Shown here in pieces: positions 36,899 through 46,286 of a stretch of 64,000 bases of DNA. Numbering within the stretch: the first letter of the stretch is position 1; each line of letters begins with the position of its first letter. Origin of the DNA: a virus (taxonomy: Duplodnaviria; Caudoviricetes); the IMG/VR virus record IMGVR_UViG_3300037808_002146, one strand, 5' to 3'. The notes beneath the pieces were generated by a model. It had not been told where the DNA came from. It did not search any database and saw only the letters and a list, made by a program, of their open reading frames with translations. The position numbers were made by a program, and so were the translations under genes.

Positions 36899-37973
36899 TT
36901 TTTACTTCCTTGAAAATATCTTGAATTCTTTTTCTTACAAGGCTTTTTTGGTTTTCGGGCTTATACTTTAGCATTCTGATATAATGAATCATCTCGCACA
37001 ATAAGAAATACCTAGAAAAATTAGGTTTAAATAACCCAAGTAGATGACTAAAAAGATCCTCTTTATCAACTTTAGCTTCAAAACCAGAAAAACTTTCTTC
37101 GTAAGAAGAGTGTAAAGATTGATATATCTTTCCAACGTCCATAACCCAAGAACTATATACATTTCCTGGACAATTAGGGTCTATGAGGTATACTTTTTCA
37201 CCTCTAACGATGCAATTTTCAAAAGTAAGATCTCCATGAGAAAAGCTAGCTTCGATATTCATAAAATCAGCAACTTGATCGCTTTCTAAGAGTTTAATAA
37301 TATCACTTTCGTTTCTTACAGCGTTTAAAGACATATGATCTTTAACACGATCAACCATAGTTTGCCAATTGCTGTTAGTAACTTTTATATCACTAAACCT
37401 TGTTAGCAAATCTACCAAATAATCTATGTGCTCTTTGGTGCATACATCATTTAAGCTAACTCCGTCCAAGAACTCCATGTCCAAAGTATCTCCATAATAA
37501 GTATTAACTTTTGGAACATGACATAAACTACCAGCTGAATTATACCAGTGTGCTTGGTCTTTAGCGTTGCTAGCTTTTTTGATGATTCTATCACCAACTT
37601 TCTCTACAGAGCCTCCCGATCCACCTTTTAAGACTTCATAGTCTAAATCCATAAATTCCTCTGGGCGGATTGCTTTATCGTCGATGTAGTATACCCCGAT
37701 TGGTTTTCCAAACATCAAACTGTGATACTTCACGCTGTGTTTCTCCATCCAAGACTCTAAAACTGGTCGACGAAGCTGGTTTATTAAGTCTAAGTCTCCG
37801 CTACATGAAACCTGTCCTCGAGCGGTAAAATATATAATTTTCCAACCCGATTCATACATCTTGTTAAGTTTGTTGATAATTTTAGTATGAGGAACTGCAT
37901 TTTCATAATCACGATTCCGATGTGTAGATATCGTGTCATCAACATCGACGACTAGAGTTCGTGTTTCTACCAT
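36885..37973 (-). CDS. HAD phosphatase (capsule-biosynthesis type) fused to an APH/choline-kinase-like domain
   Basis: VDVDDT, YFTARG, FGKP, YYIDDKA; then HGDLTFEN and YLIDPN; start revised to MVETRTL (TAATG overlap). Confidence 0.8.
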   Translation of the reverse strand: MVETRTLVVDVDDTISTHRNRDYENAVPHTKIINKLNKMYESGWKIIYFTARGQVSCSGDLDLINQLRRPVLESWMEKHSVKYHSLMFGKPIGVYYIDDKAIRPEEFMDLDYEVLKGGSGGSVEKVGDRIIKKASNAKDQAHWYNSAGSLCHVPKVNTYYGDTLDMEFLDGVSLNDVCTKEHIDYLVDLLTRFSDIKVTNSNWQTMVDRVKDHMSLNAVRNESDIIKLLESDQVADFMNIEASFSHGDLTFENCIVRGEKVYLIDPNCPGNVYSSWVMDVGKIYQSLHSSYEESFSGFEAKVDKEDLFSHLLGLFKPNFSRYFLLCEMIHYIRMLKYKPENQKSLVRKRIQDIFKEVKIVFR

Positions 37974-38410
37974 TAAATTACTCCTGTACTCCCAAAACCA
38001 CCTTCGCCTCTTTGGGAATTTACACAAAATAAATCCTCAATGCAAACTTCCTCGATAGAATCGTAAAAAACTGGAACTAAAATCATTTGTACTAGTTTTT
38101 CACCAGCACAAATAGTTTCTGCTTTGTTTCCAAAATTGTAAACATGGAGATGGATTTCACCTTGATAGTCTTCATCTACGATACATGCGCCAACGGATAA
38201 ACTTCTCTTTAAAGCAACCCCGCTTTTATTAAAAACTATTAAAGCAAACCCATTAGGTACGTTCGCTTTTACGCCACTAGGAATGCAAGCTGAGTTTCCT
38301 GGTTCAACGACAAAATTTTCAAAATCGTTAGGGACAAAGAAATCTATACCGGCAGATTTTTCAGTTCCCCTAATTGGGGTTTTTACATCTTTAATTTTAG
38401 AAATCTTCAC
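37973..38410 (-). CDS. dut: trimeric dUTPase
   Basis: SAGIDF, NKSGVA, IVDEDYQGEI, KLVQMI, RGEGGFGSTG; probable GTG start at 38410. Confidence 0.92.
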   Translation of the reverse strand: MKISKIKDVKTPIRGTEKSAGIDFFVPNDFENFVVEPGNSACIPSGVKANVPNGFALIVFNKSGVALKRSLSVGACIVDEDYQGEIHLHVYNFGNKAETICAGEKLVQMILVPVFYDSIEEVCIEDLFCVNSQRGEGGFGSTGVI

Positions 38411-38685
38411 AGTTTTTCCTCTTTTATAAAATTGTGCCAAGCGCCTAAATAGGCAACAGCATCTAACAAATTGTCATCTTTGAAATTATAAGATTGGCGG
38501 CTTAGTTTGAGGGCAACAAGTGATATATACATATCATGAGCTGTAATATCCTTTCCGGACATGCCTCTAGCGATACTAGCAGCTCTTTGCATCCCTTCAC
38601 CAAAAGGTCCATACTCTCTTTCTTTTTCTTCAGATCTTTCGTTGACGATTTGATTTGCTTGCTTTAAGATATTGTCTTTATTCAT
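38407..38685 (-). CDS. small all-helical protein (DUF6378-like)
   Basis: ILKQANQIVNERS..YG...LKLSRQ...DNLLDAVAY; start revised to MNKDNILK. Confidence 0.6.
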   Translation of the reverse strand: MNKDNILKQANQIVNERSEEKEREYGPFGEGMQRAASIARGMSGKDITAHDMYISLVALKLSRQSYNFKDDNLLDAVAYLGAWHNFIKEEKL

Positions 38686-39508
38686 CACTAAAAATTTCTC
38701 CACTGCAGTTTTTAACATAATCGTATATTTCAGCTTTTTCAACCTCTGCGATAGGAAAAGAAAAATTTTCATTAATCAACTTCCAGTTAACGTTACTGTT
38801 CAATCTACAAGTATCTAATCCTTTGTCAACATTAAAGTCACTACTATTTATACTTTCAATCATTTTGTAATGCTTTTCATAAACATGCAAGCTACCAGCG
38901 TAGTGAAAGTAACTCCCTAGTTCTAAGCTCATGCCAGTTTCGTTTAGTTCATTCAACATAAGCTGCTGAAATAGCGAAAAGGTGAAAACATCGTTACACA
39001 AACCGAAAATTAAATCGTTAGATCTCATATTAACGCCTAGGTGGAGTTTATTATCCCTAACGAAAAACTGAATATAGTGCGTGCAAGGATAGTCTTTTGA
39101 ATTCTTGAACTTATGATAAGGTTGATTTATCACAAAAGTTGCACGGCGAGTATCTCGATCAATTATAATCTCGTTTTTCACCCAGTTCCATTGCGGTTTT
39201 AGATAGACTCCATAATTGGATTCAACTTCGCAAAATTGATCTGAAATCATTTTCCATATTTTAGCTAATTTCCCGATATTTAAGGAAGAAGAATTAGCAG
39301 ACAAGTACCACATCCACTCTGCTATGGCATAATTTTTGTTAAATTTTCTCTCTGGTAGCGTAACGTTAATACGCGTAGGATCTGAAATTTCAAAGCTTTG
39401 GAATATCACTTCCTTTTGTTTGGAGTTTCTTGCATTCACTTCAGGAGAATCTAGTAAAACAGAGCTATAGTGTTTTAGTAGATGGTTTATAGAGTTAAAT
39501 TTATTCAT
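38678..39508 (-). CDS. thymidylate synthase superfamily, dCMP hydroxymethylase-like
   Basis: DYPCTHYIQF...MRSNDLIFGLCND; the residue 31 positions after the catalytic Cys is Asp; GSLHVYE. Confidence 0.8.
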   Translation of the reverse strand: MNKFNSINHLLKHYSSVLLDSPEVNARNSKQKEVIFQSFEISDPTRINVTLPERKFNKNYAIAEWMWYLSANSSSLNIGKLAKIWKMISDQFCEVESNYGVYLKPQWNWVKNEIIIDRDTRRATFVINQPYHKFKNSKDYPCTHYIQFFVRDNKLHLGVNMRSNDLIFGLCNDVFTFSLFQQLMLNELNETGMSLELGSYFHYAGSLHVYEKHYKMIESINSSDFNVDKGLDTCRLNSNVNWKLINENFSFPIAEVEKAEIYDYVKNCSGEIFSDE

Positions 39509-39514
39509 GTAATA

Positions 39515-42500
39515 TTATACTTCAAAAATCTTAATTTTTCTAAATTGAGTTGAAAAGCCAAAATCAGACTTATCAAGTTCGGCAACACAAAGTGAGTAAG
39601 GATTCAAAATAGAATCTTCTTTCGTACCCCAACAGAATACCCTATTTTTTTCCCCATTAGATCCTATAGCATCTAAAAGAAAGTAAGGCTTATTGTTTTT
39701 AGTTTTCTTTTTATTAACCTTAGTAGCTACTAGCCAATAAAGATTTTTTTGATTCCACTCTTCTATAGGGAGGATAGATAACTCTTCAAACCTGCTAGAT
39801 AACTTTTCAGGAATTAAATTACCAACATTTATAGTTCCAAGTAAAGATTCTTCAAACTCCATATTTTCTTTAATGCTCCAGTCTTCACTCGGGTAATTTA
39901 GAGAAACTTCGTTCAAATTGTCTCTTCCTTGAAAAGGATTCTTTTTAGTGCTCTTTCTTAATGCTGGCCAATTTTCGCTAACACATTCGTAGAATTGCTT
40001 GTAAGATTCAAAATAACCTTGCCAATCTAGGGAATCCAGTGCTCTAATCTTCAGGAGAGATTCGAGAGTCTTTTTATTTAATTTTGAGTGTTTCCACTTG
40101 CCATCTTCATTCCAGAGCAGATCATCAATATTTTCATAAGGTCGGTTGTTAAGTATCTCTTCAATAGCTGCCTCGCCTATGCCTTTACAGGAAAAGAAAG
40201 ATGGCATCAAAACCTTATCGTCGACTGGTGTCCAATTTTTTCCAGCTTTATTAAGGTCAATATTTGTTGTCGTGTATCCCAACTTTTTAACTTCACTCAA
40301 TGCTTTGGAAAGCTTGTTTGGATTAGACGAAACTGCTTCGAGGTAAGCGGTTATCCATTCAGCCTCGTAGTAAGTCATTAGCCAAGCGCAATAGTACGAA
40401 TTTATAGCATAAGAAACAGCATGTGACTTATTGAAACCGTAGCCAGCAAAATACAAAATCTTCTCGTAGAGATCTTCGGCGACGTGCTTTTGAACTCCAT
40501 TAGAAATAGATCCGGCAAGGAACTTATCTTTAAGATCTCGAGCTTTTTCGATATTTTCATTTCCAGAACCAACAGGCTTCATCATCTTACGCATTGCGTT
40601 ACATTCGTCTTTCGGGATACCCGCGACGACATGACATAAGTTCATGACTTGCTCTTGAAAGATTATACAACCATAAGTTTCTTTCAAACATTCTTCAATA
40701 AGCGGATGGCCATAAACTACACTTTCTGGATTCTTTTTTGCTCCAATATAAAGTTTATCTACCTTAGCACTCAGCGGGCCAGGACGGTATATAGACGTCA
40801 GAGTTGCGATATCTATTATTGATTCTGGTTTAGCACGCTTAAAGAGGGCTTGAGCGCCCCTCTGCGTGCACTGGAATATAGCAGCCCACTTTCCAGAATG
40901 ATAGACATTTTTATAAACTTTTTGATCGTTAAAATCAATTTCTTTAGTTGACATATTGACATCGAACCATTTTTTCACTTGTTGAAAATCTGGATTTTCA
41001 ATACCCTCTTTCTTAAGAACCAGTCTAATAGTTTGCTCAATTATTCTCAAAGTTTCTAATCCAAGCAAATCAAACTTAATCCACCCAAACTCTTCTAAAT
41101 GCTTATAGTTCATACCTTCAACCCACGGAGTTTGAACTTCTCCACGAGCTAAAATTACAGGCATCCTCTCGGCAATTCTTTCTGAAATTATAACACCACC
41201 AGCGTGGCGACCGAGAGCTTTGTTTTGCTTGAATAAAACCTTTAGAGGATCAAGTATTTCTGGATACTTTTCTAAATAGTTCTTCAAAGATTCTGAGTAC
41301 TTTAAAGCTTCATCAATATGAATATCGAAAGAATCTTCTGATTCTGCATCGTTCTTCCGTCCTCTCTTTACATCTACTTCCAATGGAGCTAAAGCTTTGT
41401 TTGCTTCTTCGAATGGGACTCTATAAAACCTCGAAACGTCCTTAATCAATGACTTCAACTTAAAGGTGTTATAATTCGAAATTGGTACAACATTTGATTC
41501 TCCAAAGTTATCCCTTAATAAAGATATTAACTCGTCACGGTCTCCTACATCAGAATCGATGTCTGGCATTTCGTTTCTCTCTGGAGATAAAAATCTTTCA
41601 AAAAGCAAACCGTTAGAAACTGGATCAACATCCGTGATTCCTAAAGCGTAATTCACCAAACTACCCGCGCCAGAGCCTCTGCCCGGGCCGATGAGCATTT
41701 TTTCTCGCGCAATATCGAGGATAGCTTTCATCGTTAGAAAATATTCGGAAAAATTCTTGCTTTTTATAACCACGAACTCTTCTCTCAATCTCTCAATATA
41801 GATAGGGTTTTCATGTAGACCTCGATCTATCAAGCCTTTCTTACAAAAATCTAAAAGAGCTTGAGTTGCTGTTTTTCCTTTAGGGATTACATAAGATGGT
41901 AATTTCATGCTTCGATCTGGGTTGATGTCTCCAATCTCGTCGTGGACTATGTTGTATGGACGTTCAATAGCTTCGCAAATTATTTGATCGTCGTAAAAAT
42001 CCATGTCAGAAGTTGTACTTAAGTAAGAATCCCACACTTGCTCTGCGTTTTTTGGATAAAGTTCGCAAGAAAGATCGCTTTGAGATTTAGGTAAAGAGTC
42101 TGGATCAAAGTCTCTGAAGTTAAGCCAGCCAAGCTTTTTGTATATTTCTCTTTCCCTCCAGTGTTCCGGGCGAGCGTAATGTGAATCTGTCGTAACTACC
42201 AACTTGTCTGTTAAACCTTGAGATTTTGCAAATTCAATTATAGATCTATTGACCAAGTGCTGAGCCGGAAGCTTGTTAAACTGTAACTCTAACATTACGT
42301 CGTCTATTCCGACGGAATCTACCAAGCCTTGATATGCATTTCCTACGCCATTCATAACTTTGCTTCGAAAAGAGTTATCATCTAAGAGTGTATGACTAAG
42401 ATCGTTAAACTCTACTTGTTGGGCATGCCTAAAAACTTCATAAGCGATTGGGCCGCCTATACATGCAGTAGAAACCATCAAATGACCTCCTTCGGCGGCT

Positions 42501-43096
42501 TCTTTTAACATCTTATAGTCAATCCTAGGAAATCTATAGAAACCTTCTAGGTAACCTTTAGAGACTAAGTTAAAAAGCCTAGACAAGCCTTCTGATGTTT
42601 TTGGAAGGACAACCAAGTGGTGACGCCTCTTGACAGGATCATAAAACTTTGCTGATTTTGATTCTTCCTCGTTTTCAATAGTCAAACTTCCTTCGTCCGT
42701 AGAGAGTTCTACCGTTTCATCGTCTCCATCTACTTTGGCGAACAGTGGAGTTCTAATTCTCTCTCTTTGTTCTCTAAGCTTTAGAATAGACTCTTTGTCG
42801 CCTTTCTTTGCAGCTTTAGCTAATTCATAATCCAGATTCCAAATATCTAGATTTGGGTGAACATACATTTCACATCCGGGGACAAACTTAAAATTACCTC
42901 CACGCTTTTTAATTTTCTCTGCATGCAAGAAAGCGTGAGCAAAACTGTTCATGTGACCATGATTAGTGAGACACCAGCTATCCATCCCGTTTTCTAAAAC
43001 AAAATCTATGTGTTCTTGTGGATATCCCAAGCCATCGAAGGTTGAAAAACCATCATGTGCATGGAGGGAGGTAAACTTTTTTGGAACAATTTTCAT
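39515..43096 (-). CDS. dnaE: DNA polymerase III alpha subunit (DnaE, family C)
   Basis: PHP LHAHDGFS..DG, GPGRGSGAGSLV, MPDIDSD, GRHAGG, KFDLLGL, YGFNKSHA. Confidence 0.96.
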   Translation of the reverse strand: MKIVPKKFTSLHAHDGFSTFDGLGYPQEHIDFVLENGMDSWCLTNHGHMNSFAHAFLHAEKIKKRGGNFKFVPGCEMYVHPNLDIWNLDYELAKAAKKGDKESILKLREQRERIRTPLFAKVDGDDETVELSTDEGSLTIENEEESKSAKFYDPVKRRHHLVVLPKTSEGLSRLFNLVSKGYLEGFYRFPRIDYKMLKEAAEGGHLMVSTACIGGPIAYEVFRHAQQVEFNDLSHTLLDDNSFRSKVMNGVGNAYQGLVDSVGIDDVMLELQFNKLPAQHLVNRSIIEFAKSQGLTDKLVVTTDSHYARPEHWREREIYKKLGWLNFRDFDPDSLPKSQSDLSCELYPKNAEQVWDSYLSTTSDMDFYDDQIICEAIERPYNIVHDEIGDINPDRSMKLPSYVIPKGKTATQALLDFCKKGLIDRGLHENPIYIERLREEFVVIKSKNFSEYFLTMKAILDIAREKMLIGPGRGSGAGSLVNYALGITDVDPVSNGLLFERFLSPERNEMPDIDSDVGDRDELISLLRDNFGESNVVPISNYNTFKLKSLIKDVSRFYRVPFEEANKALAPLEVDVKRGRKNDAESEDSFDIHIDEALKYSESLKNYLEKYPEILDPLKVLFKQNKALGRHAGGVIISERIAERMPVILARGEVQTPWVEGMNYKHLEEFGWIKFDLLGLETLRIIEQTIRLVLKKEGIENPDFQQVKKWFDVNMSTKEIDFNDQKVYKNVYHSGKWAAIFQCTQRGAQALFKRAKPESIIDIATLTSIYRPGPLSAKVDKLYIGAKKNPESVVYGHPLIEECLKETYGCIIFQEQVMNLCHVVAGIPKDECNAMRKMMKPVGSGNENIEKARDLKDKFLAGSISNGVQKHVAEDLYEKILYFAGYGFNKSHAVSYAINSYYCAWLMTYYEAEWITAYLEAVSSNPNKLSKALSEVKKLGYTTTNIDLNKAGKNWTPVDDKVLMPSFFSCKGIGEAAIEEILNNRPYENIDDLLWNEDGKWKHSKLNKKTLESLLKIRALDSLDWQGYFESYKQFYECVSENWPALRKSTKKNPFQGRDNLNEVSLNYPSEDWSIKENMEFEESLLGTINVGNLIPEKLSSRFEELSILPIEEWNQKNLYWLVATKVNKKKTKNNKPYFLLDAIGSNGEKNRVFCWGTKEDSILNPYSLCVAELDKSDFGFSTQFRKIKIFEV

Positions 43097-43145
43097 CTAA
43101 TTTTCCTATCGAAGAATGAGTTTTAAGAACGATTTATTCTAATTG

Positions 43146-43174
43146 ATTATAATAGGAATTAGGGATTTATTCAG
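43146..43174 (-). promoter_or_regulatory. candidate sigma70-type promoter CTGAAT-N17-TATAAT upstream of dnaE
   Basis: Exact 17-nt spacer. Confidence 0.5.
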
Positions 43175-43859
43175 CTTTTATTTTTACTAAAATATCGCCT
43201 AAAACTTCATGAGATTCTAAACTTATCCCGTAATGGGGAAGCACAGATAAGAGAATTTTTTTTCTTAGCGGAAGGTCGTCGTAAGCTTCACACCAAATCC
43301 ATGGCAAAGATTCAGTAACTTTTTTCAAATCGCCTTTAATAGATTCTTGTCTCTTTAAGTTATATCCAAGTTCTACTTTCGGATCTATATCGTTTTCTAT
43401 AGAGAGGATTTGACAAATTTCTAAAAGAAGATCGTAATTTTCCTCAGTAATCGCTGAGTTGGCTTGAGAGTATAACTCTTGCATTTCCTGCGCGTTTTCT
43501 TGATCTTTAAGTTTGTCAGGATGAGTTTTTAGAGCAATTTTTCGAAAAGCTTTCTTAACCCAGCTAGGAGCTGTGTTTTTTACTTCGAGCTCCTCTCTAT
43601 CCTCTCTAGACTGGTTGGTGCTTTGTTGCTCGAAATTTTCGGTATTAACAAAATTAGTGTTATCTTTTTTATCTTCCGTTTTTCTTTCGCTGGAAAGCTC
43701 TTTTAGAATAAAGTTAATATCTTCGCTCCATTCTATCGAATATTCTCGTAATGCTTCTTCGCACTCGAACAAGTAAGAAGATAGCATTGACAACTCGGCT
43801 TTAGCTTTCCTAAGCTCTCTTGAATTTTTTATTTTGTTTAATTTTTTGTTTTGTTTCAC
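43167..43859 (-). CDS. J-domain (DnaJ-like) protein
   Basis: KKAFRKIALKTHPDK (HPD motif) flanked by coiled coils. Confidence 0.75.
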   Translation of the reverse strand: MKQNKKLNKIKNSRELRKAKAELSMLSSYLFECEEALREYSIEWSEDINFILKELSSERKTEDKKDNTNFVNTENFEQQSTNQSREDREELEVKNTAPSWVKKAFRKIALKTHPDKLKDQENAQEMQELYSQANSAITEENYDLLLEICQILSIENDIDPKVELGYNLKRQESIKGDLKKVTESLPWIWCEAYDDLPLRKKILLSVLPHYGISLESHEVLGDILVKIKAE

Positions 43860-43880
43860 AAAATTAACTATGACAAAAAG

Positions 43881-44120
43881 TTATTCTTGAACTTCTTCAG
43901 AGCTTCTTATTTCATCAACTTGGCTTAAGAGTTTTTCTATATTAGAGTCTAGGTTATTTTGAAAATTTTCATGAACCTCTAGAACTCCATCCTGAGCTTC
44001 TGATAATCTTATCATTCTTAAATTGTCGACAATATCCGTCCCTGTTATAATCGCGATTTGTAAAACTTTAGCAATGTTCGCAATAACTTCATCATTAAAT
44101 CTTAATTCTTTTTTCTTCAT
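43881..44120 (-). CDS. hypothetical protein
   Basis: ORF track. Confidence 0.65.
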   Translation of the reverse strand: MKKKELRFNDEVIANIAKVLQIAIITGTDIVDNLRMIRLSEAQDGVLEVHENFQNNLDSNIEKLLSQVDEIRSSEEVQE

Positions 44121-44123
44121 AAA

Positions 44124-44930
44124 TCACCTTTGAATTTCTGGTACCCAGTGTGTTGTTCTCCCATCGGGAGTTTTATCTTTAATAACTTCATTCCCGTCTG
44201 GATCTTGCTTTTGGTTATACACTAAAAATCTAGAACTGAAATTTCCTACTTCTCCATAAAAATCTTTGTAAGATTTTATTGTAGCTCCGCCTGTTTTGAA
44301 AGATTCTCTCATTACCGACTTTATAGTCTTGTTAAGAATCTGTAAATTTGTATCTGAAATGTCTCTTACTTTTCGAAAGGGGCTAATCCTAGCTAGATAA
44401 AGAGATTCTGATTTAATATAGTTTCCAACGCCAGCAATTACCGATTGATCCATTAAAGCTTTAGTAATGTTTTGTTCTTCTTTTTTTCTTAATGATAGAA
44501 CAAAATCATCGTTGCTAACATCTTCCGATAGCATGTCTGGCCCGAAAGAAGATAGCTTAGCGGATAATTGCTTTGGATCCTGAGAGAGTTTAATAGTTCC
44601 AAAATTTCTCATATCGTTAAAATAGACGCGTTTCCCAGTATCGAAAGTGAAAGACAGCCTTGTATGTTTAGATTCTTTACTCTGCCAAGCCCCCGACATA
44701 CCTAAAGTTGACCACATGCTACTTTTATCTTCAAAAATTACATATATAAATTTTCCATGAACGCCTACGCCTTTTACTTTAGAAGGCAATTTTTCCTTAA
44801 AACTATTTAGATTAGGTAGTTCTTTTTTCAAATACCTTCCTGAAACTACTTCAACCGCAGTTAAAGTTTCCCCACCAATATAGTCTCCTAAAAAAAGGGC
44901 GTACCTCCTGCATTCGGGTCCTTCAGGCAT
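44124..44930 (-). CDS. mutM: Fpg/Nei DNA glycosylase (zincless finger)
   Basis: N-terminal MPEGPE, HGKF, LGMSG, DMRNFG, H2TH MDQSVIAGVGNYIKSESL; C-terminal GRTTHW without Cys. Confidence 0.9.
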   Translation of the reverse strand: MPEGPECRRYALFLGDYIGGETLTAVEVVSGRYLKKELPNLNSFKEKLPSKVKGVGVHGKFIYVIFEDKSSMWSTLGMSGAWQSKESKHTRLSFTFDTGKRVYFNDMRNFGTIKLSQDPKQLSAKLSSFGPDMLSEDVSNDDFVLSLRKKEEQNITKALMDQSVIAGVGNYIKSESLYLARISPFRKVRDISDTNLQILNKTIKSVMRESFKTGGATIKSYKDFYGEVGNFSSRFLVYNQKQDPDGNEVIKDKTPDGRTTHWVPEIQR

Positions 44931-44970
44931 TATTAATCCTCTCCATAATCATCTACGTAATTATGAATAA

Positions 44971-44998
44971 ATTATAATAATTTTTTGGAAATTTTCAA
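44971..44998 (-). promoter_or_regulatory. candidate sigma70-type promoter TTGAAA-N16-TATAAT upstream of the Fpg gene
   Basis: Intergenic; 16-nt spacer. Confidence 0.45.
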
Positions 44999-45002
44999 AT
45001 TT

Positions 45003-45323
45003 TTATGTGATAAATTTTATTGCCCAAGCGAAAAGTGCCATAGCAACCTGAGCAACAGCAAAAACTGTCACTGCTTTTGTTTTAAAAACCTTGAGGGTCT
45101 CTACTTCACCAACTAAAGTTTGGAGTTGCGTGGGGGAAACAACTTCATCAACTTTTTCTTTCCATTGGCGTAGTTCTGTTACTCTATCTTCCCTGTCCCT
45201 TAAGAGCGCAATCTCTTGCTTTAAATTTTGCATTTCGTCTCTTAATGACTCAATCCCGGTAGATAAAGTTTCCAGTTCTTTTAGTACTAGTCTTGAATAT
45301 TCTGCCCATCCATTTTCAGCCAT
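45003..45323 (-). CDS. coiled-coil protein with C-terminal TM
   Basis: Heptad region followed by a hydrophobic tail. Confidence 0.65.
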   Translation of the reverse strand: MAENGWAEYSRLVLKELETLSTGIESLRDEMQNLKQEIALLRDREDRVTELRQWKEKVDEVVSPTQLQTLVGEVETLKVFKTKAVTVFAVAQVAMALFAWAIKFIT

Positions 45324-45540
45324 TGATTTCAGCCTCGCCGCTTATAGTCTCTTTTATAGAAGCTTGTATTTTTCTTAGTTCTTGGATAATGTCATCATTC
45401 TCTTTGCAACTAGATTTATACTTGCTTAAGCACTCATCGAAACGTAACCACAAGGAAACCAAGGTAGAGCTTACTTTTTTACCTCTAGCTCGAGAAGCTA
45501 ATTTTAGCCGAAGTTCTTCAAGATGTTCGTATTTCCTCAT
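45316..45540 (-). CDS. hypothetical protein
   Basis: ORF track. Confidence 0.55.
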   Translation of the reverse strand: MRKYEHLEELRLKLASRARGKKVSSTLVSLWLRFDECLSKYKSSCKENDDIIQELRKIQASIKETISGEAEING

Positions 45541-45548
45541 GGAATTAA

Positions 45549-46286
45549 CTATGGAGAAATTTGAGATACGACACTTATAATTTGCTGGAGTATCGAAGAA
45601 TTTGATCCTAGATTTTCAACTTCTACTTTATCTTCAAAGAGGGATAGGTTTTTTAATTTAGATAGTTTCTTTTTTTCGCTAACTTTTAATTTTTTTAAAA
45701 GCTTTATAGAAAATTTTAATAAATTAGAGCTTCTTTTAGTAATAGGAACTATCGAGCAATGGGCCGAAATGAAAAAATTTAAACAAAAAAACCTTGTGAA
45801 CTCGATGTCTGATATTAAATCTAAAAAGCTATCGCTCTCAATACCTAACAAAATCGTGTTCGAATCTTTTATTTCGAATTTTCGTATAGATATTCCCAAA
45901 CTTAAGAGTTGATCGCACAAAGACTTTATTGAAGAATTTAGTCTAGCGTTAATATTAACTGCGCCTATATTTTCGTATTCAGTTAACTTACTTTCTTCTT
46001 TCAAAATATATCTTAAGGGAATAGTTCCGCTGGCTTCGCTCGTAGTAGAGGCTAAATTTTCGCTTAAGGATTTAACTGACTTTGAATTTGGAGAACAGTA
46101 ACAAACGAGGCCATTAACAGGATCGTTATAAACTTTGAAAGGAAAAGATTCATGATTTTCTTCAAAACTTGGATTTTCTATAATATAAGTGAATTCTCCA
46201 TTCTCTTCTTTTCGTTCTAACCTTTGAGTATAAGTCCTATAGACTGCAGAATCATTTAATAGATTTTCAAAGTAAGTAACCCACAT
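45549..46286 (-). CDS. hypothetical protein
   Basis: ORF track. Confidence 0.6.
   Translation of the reverse strand: MWVTYFENLLNDSAVYRTYTQRLERKEENGEFTYIIENPSFEENHESFPFKVYNDPVNGLVCYCSPNSKSVKSLSENLASTTSEASGTIPLRYILKEESKLTEYENIGAVNINARLNSSIKSLCDQLLSLGISIRKFEIKDSNTILLGIESDSFLDLISDIEFTRFFCLNFFISAHCSIVPITKRSSNLLKFSIKLLKKLKVSEKKKLSKLKNLSLFEDKVEVENLGSNSSILQQIISVVSQISP

Noticed and set aside
38678-39508. Canonical thymidylate synthase (thyA)
   Set aside because: It has Asp rather than Asn at the specificity position and sits with a DNA glycosyltransferase-like gene.
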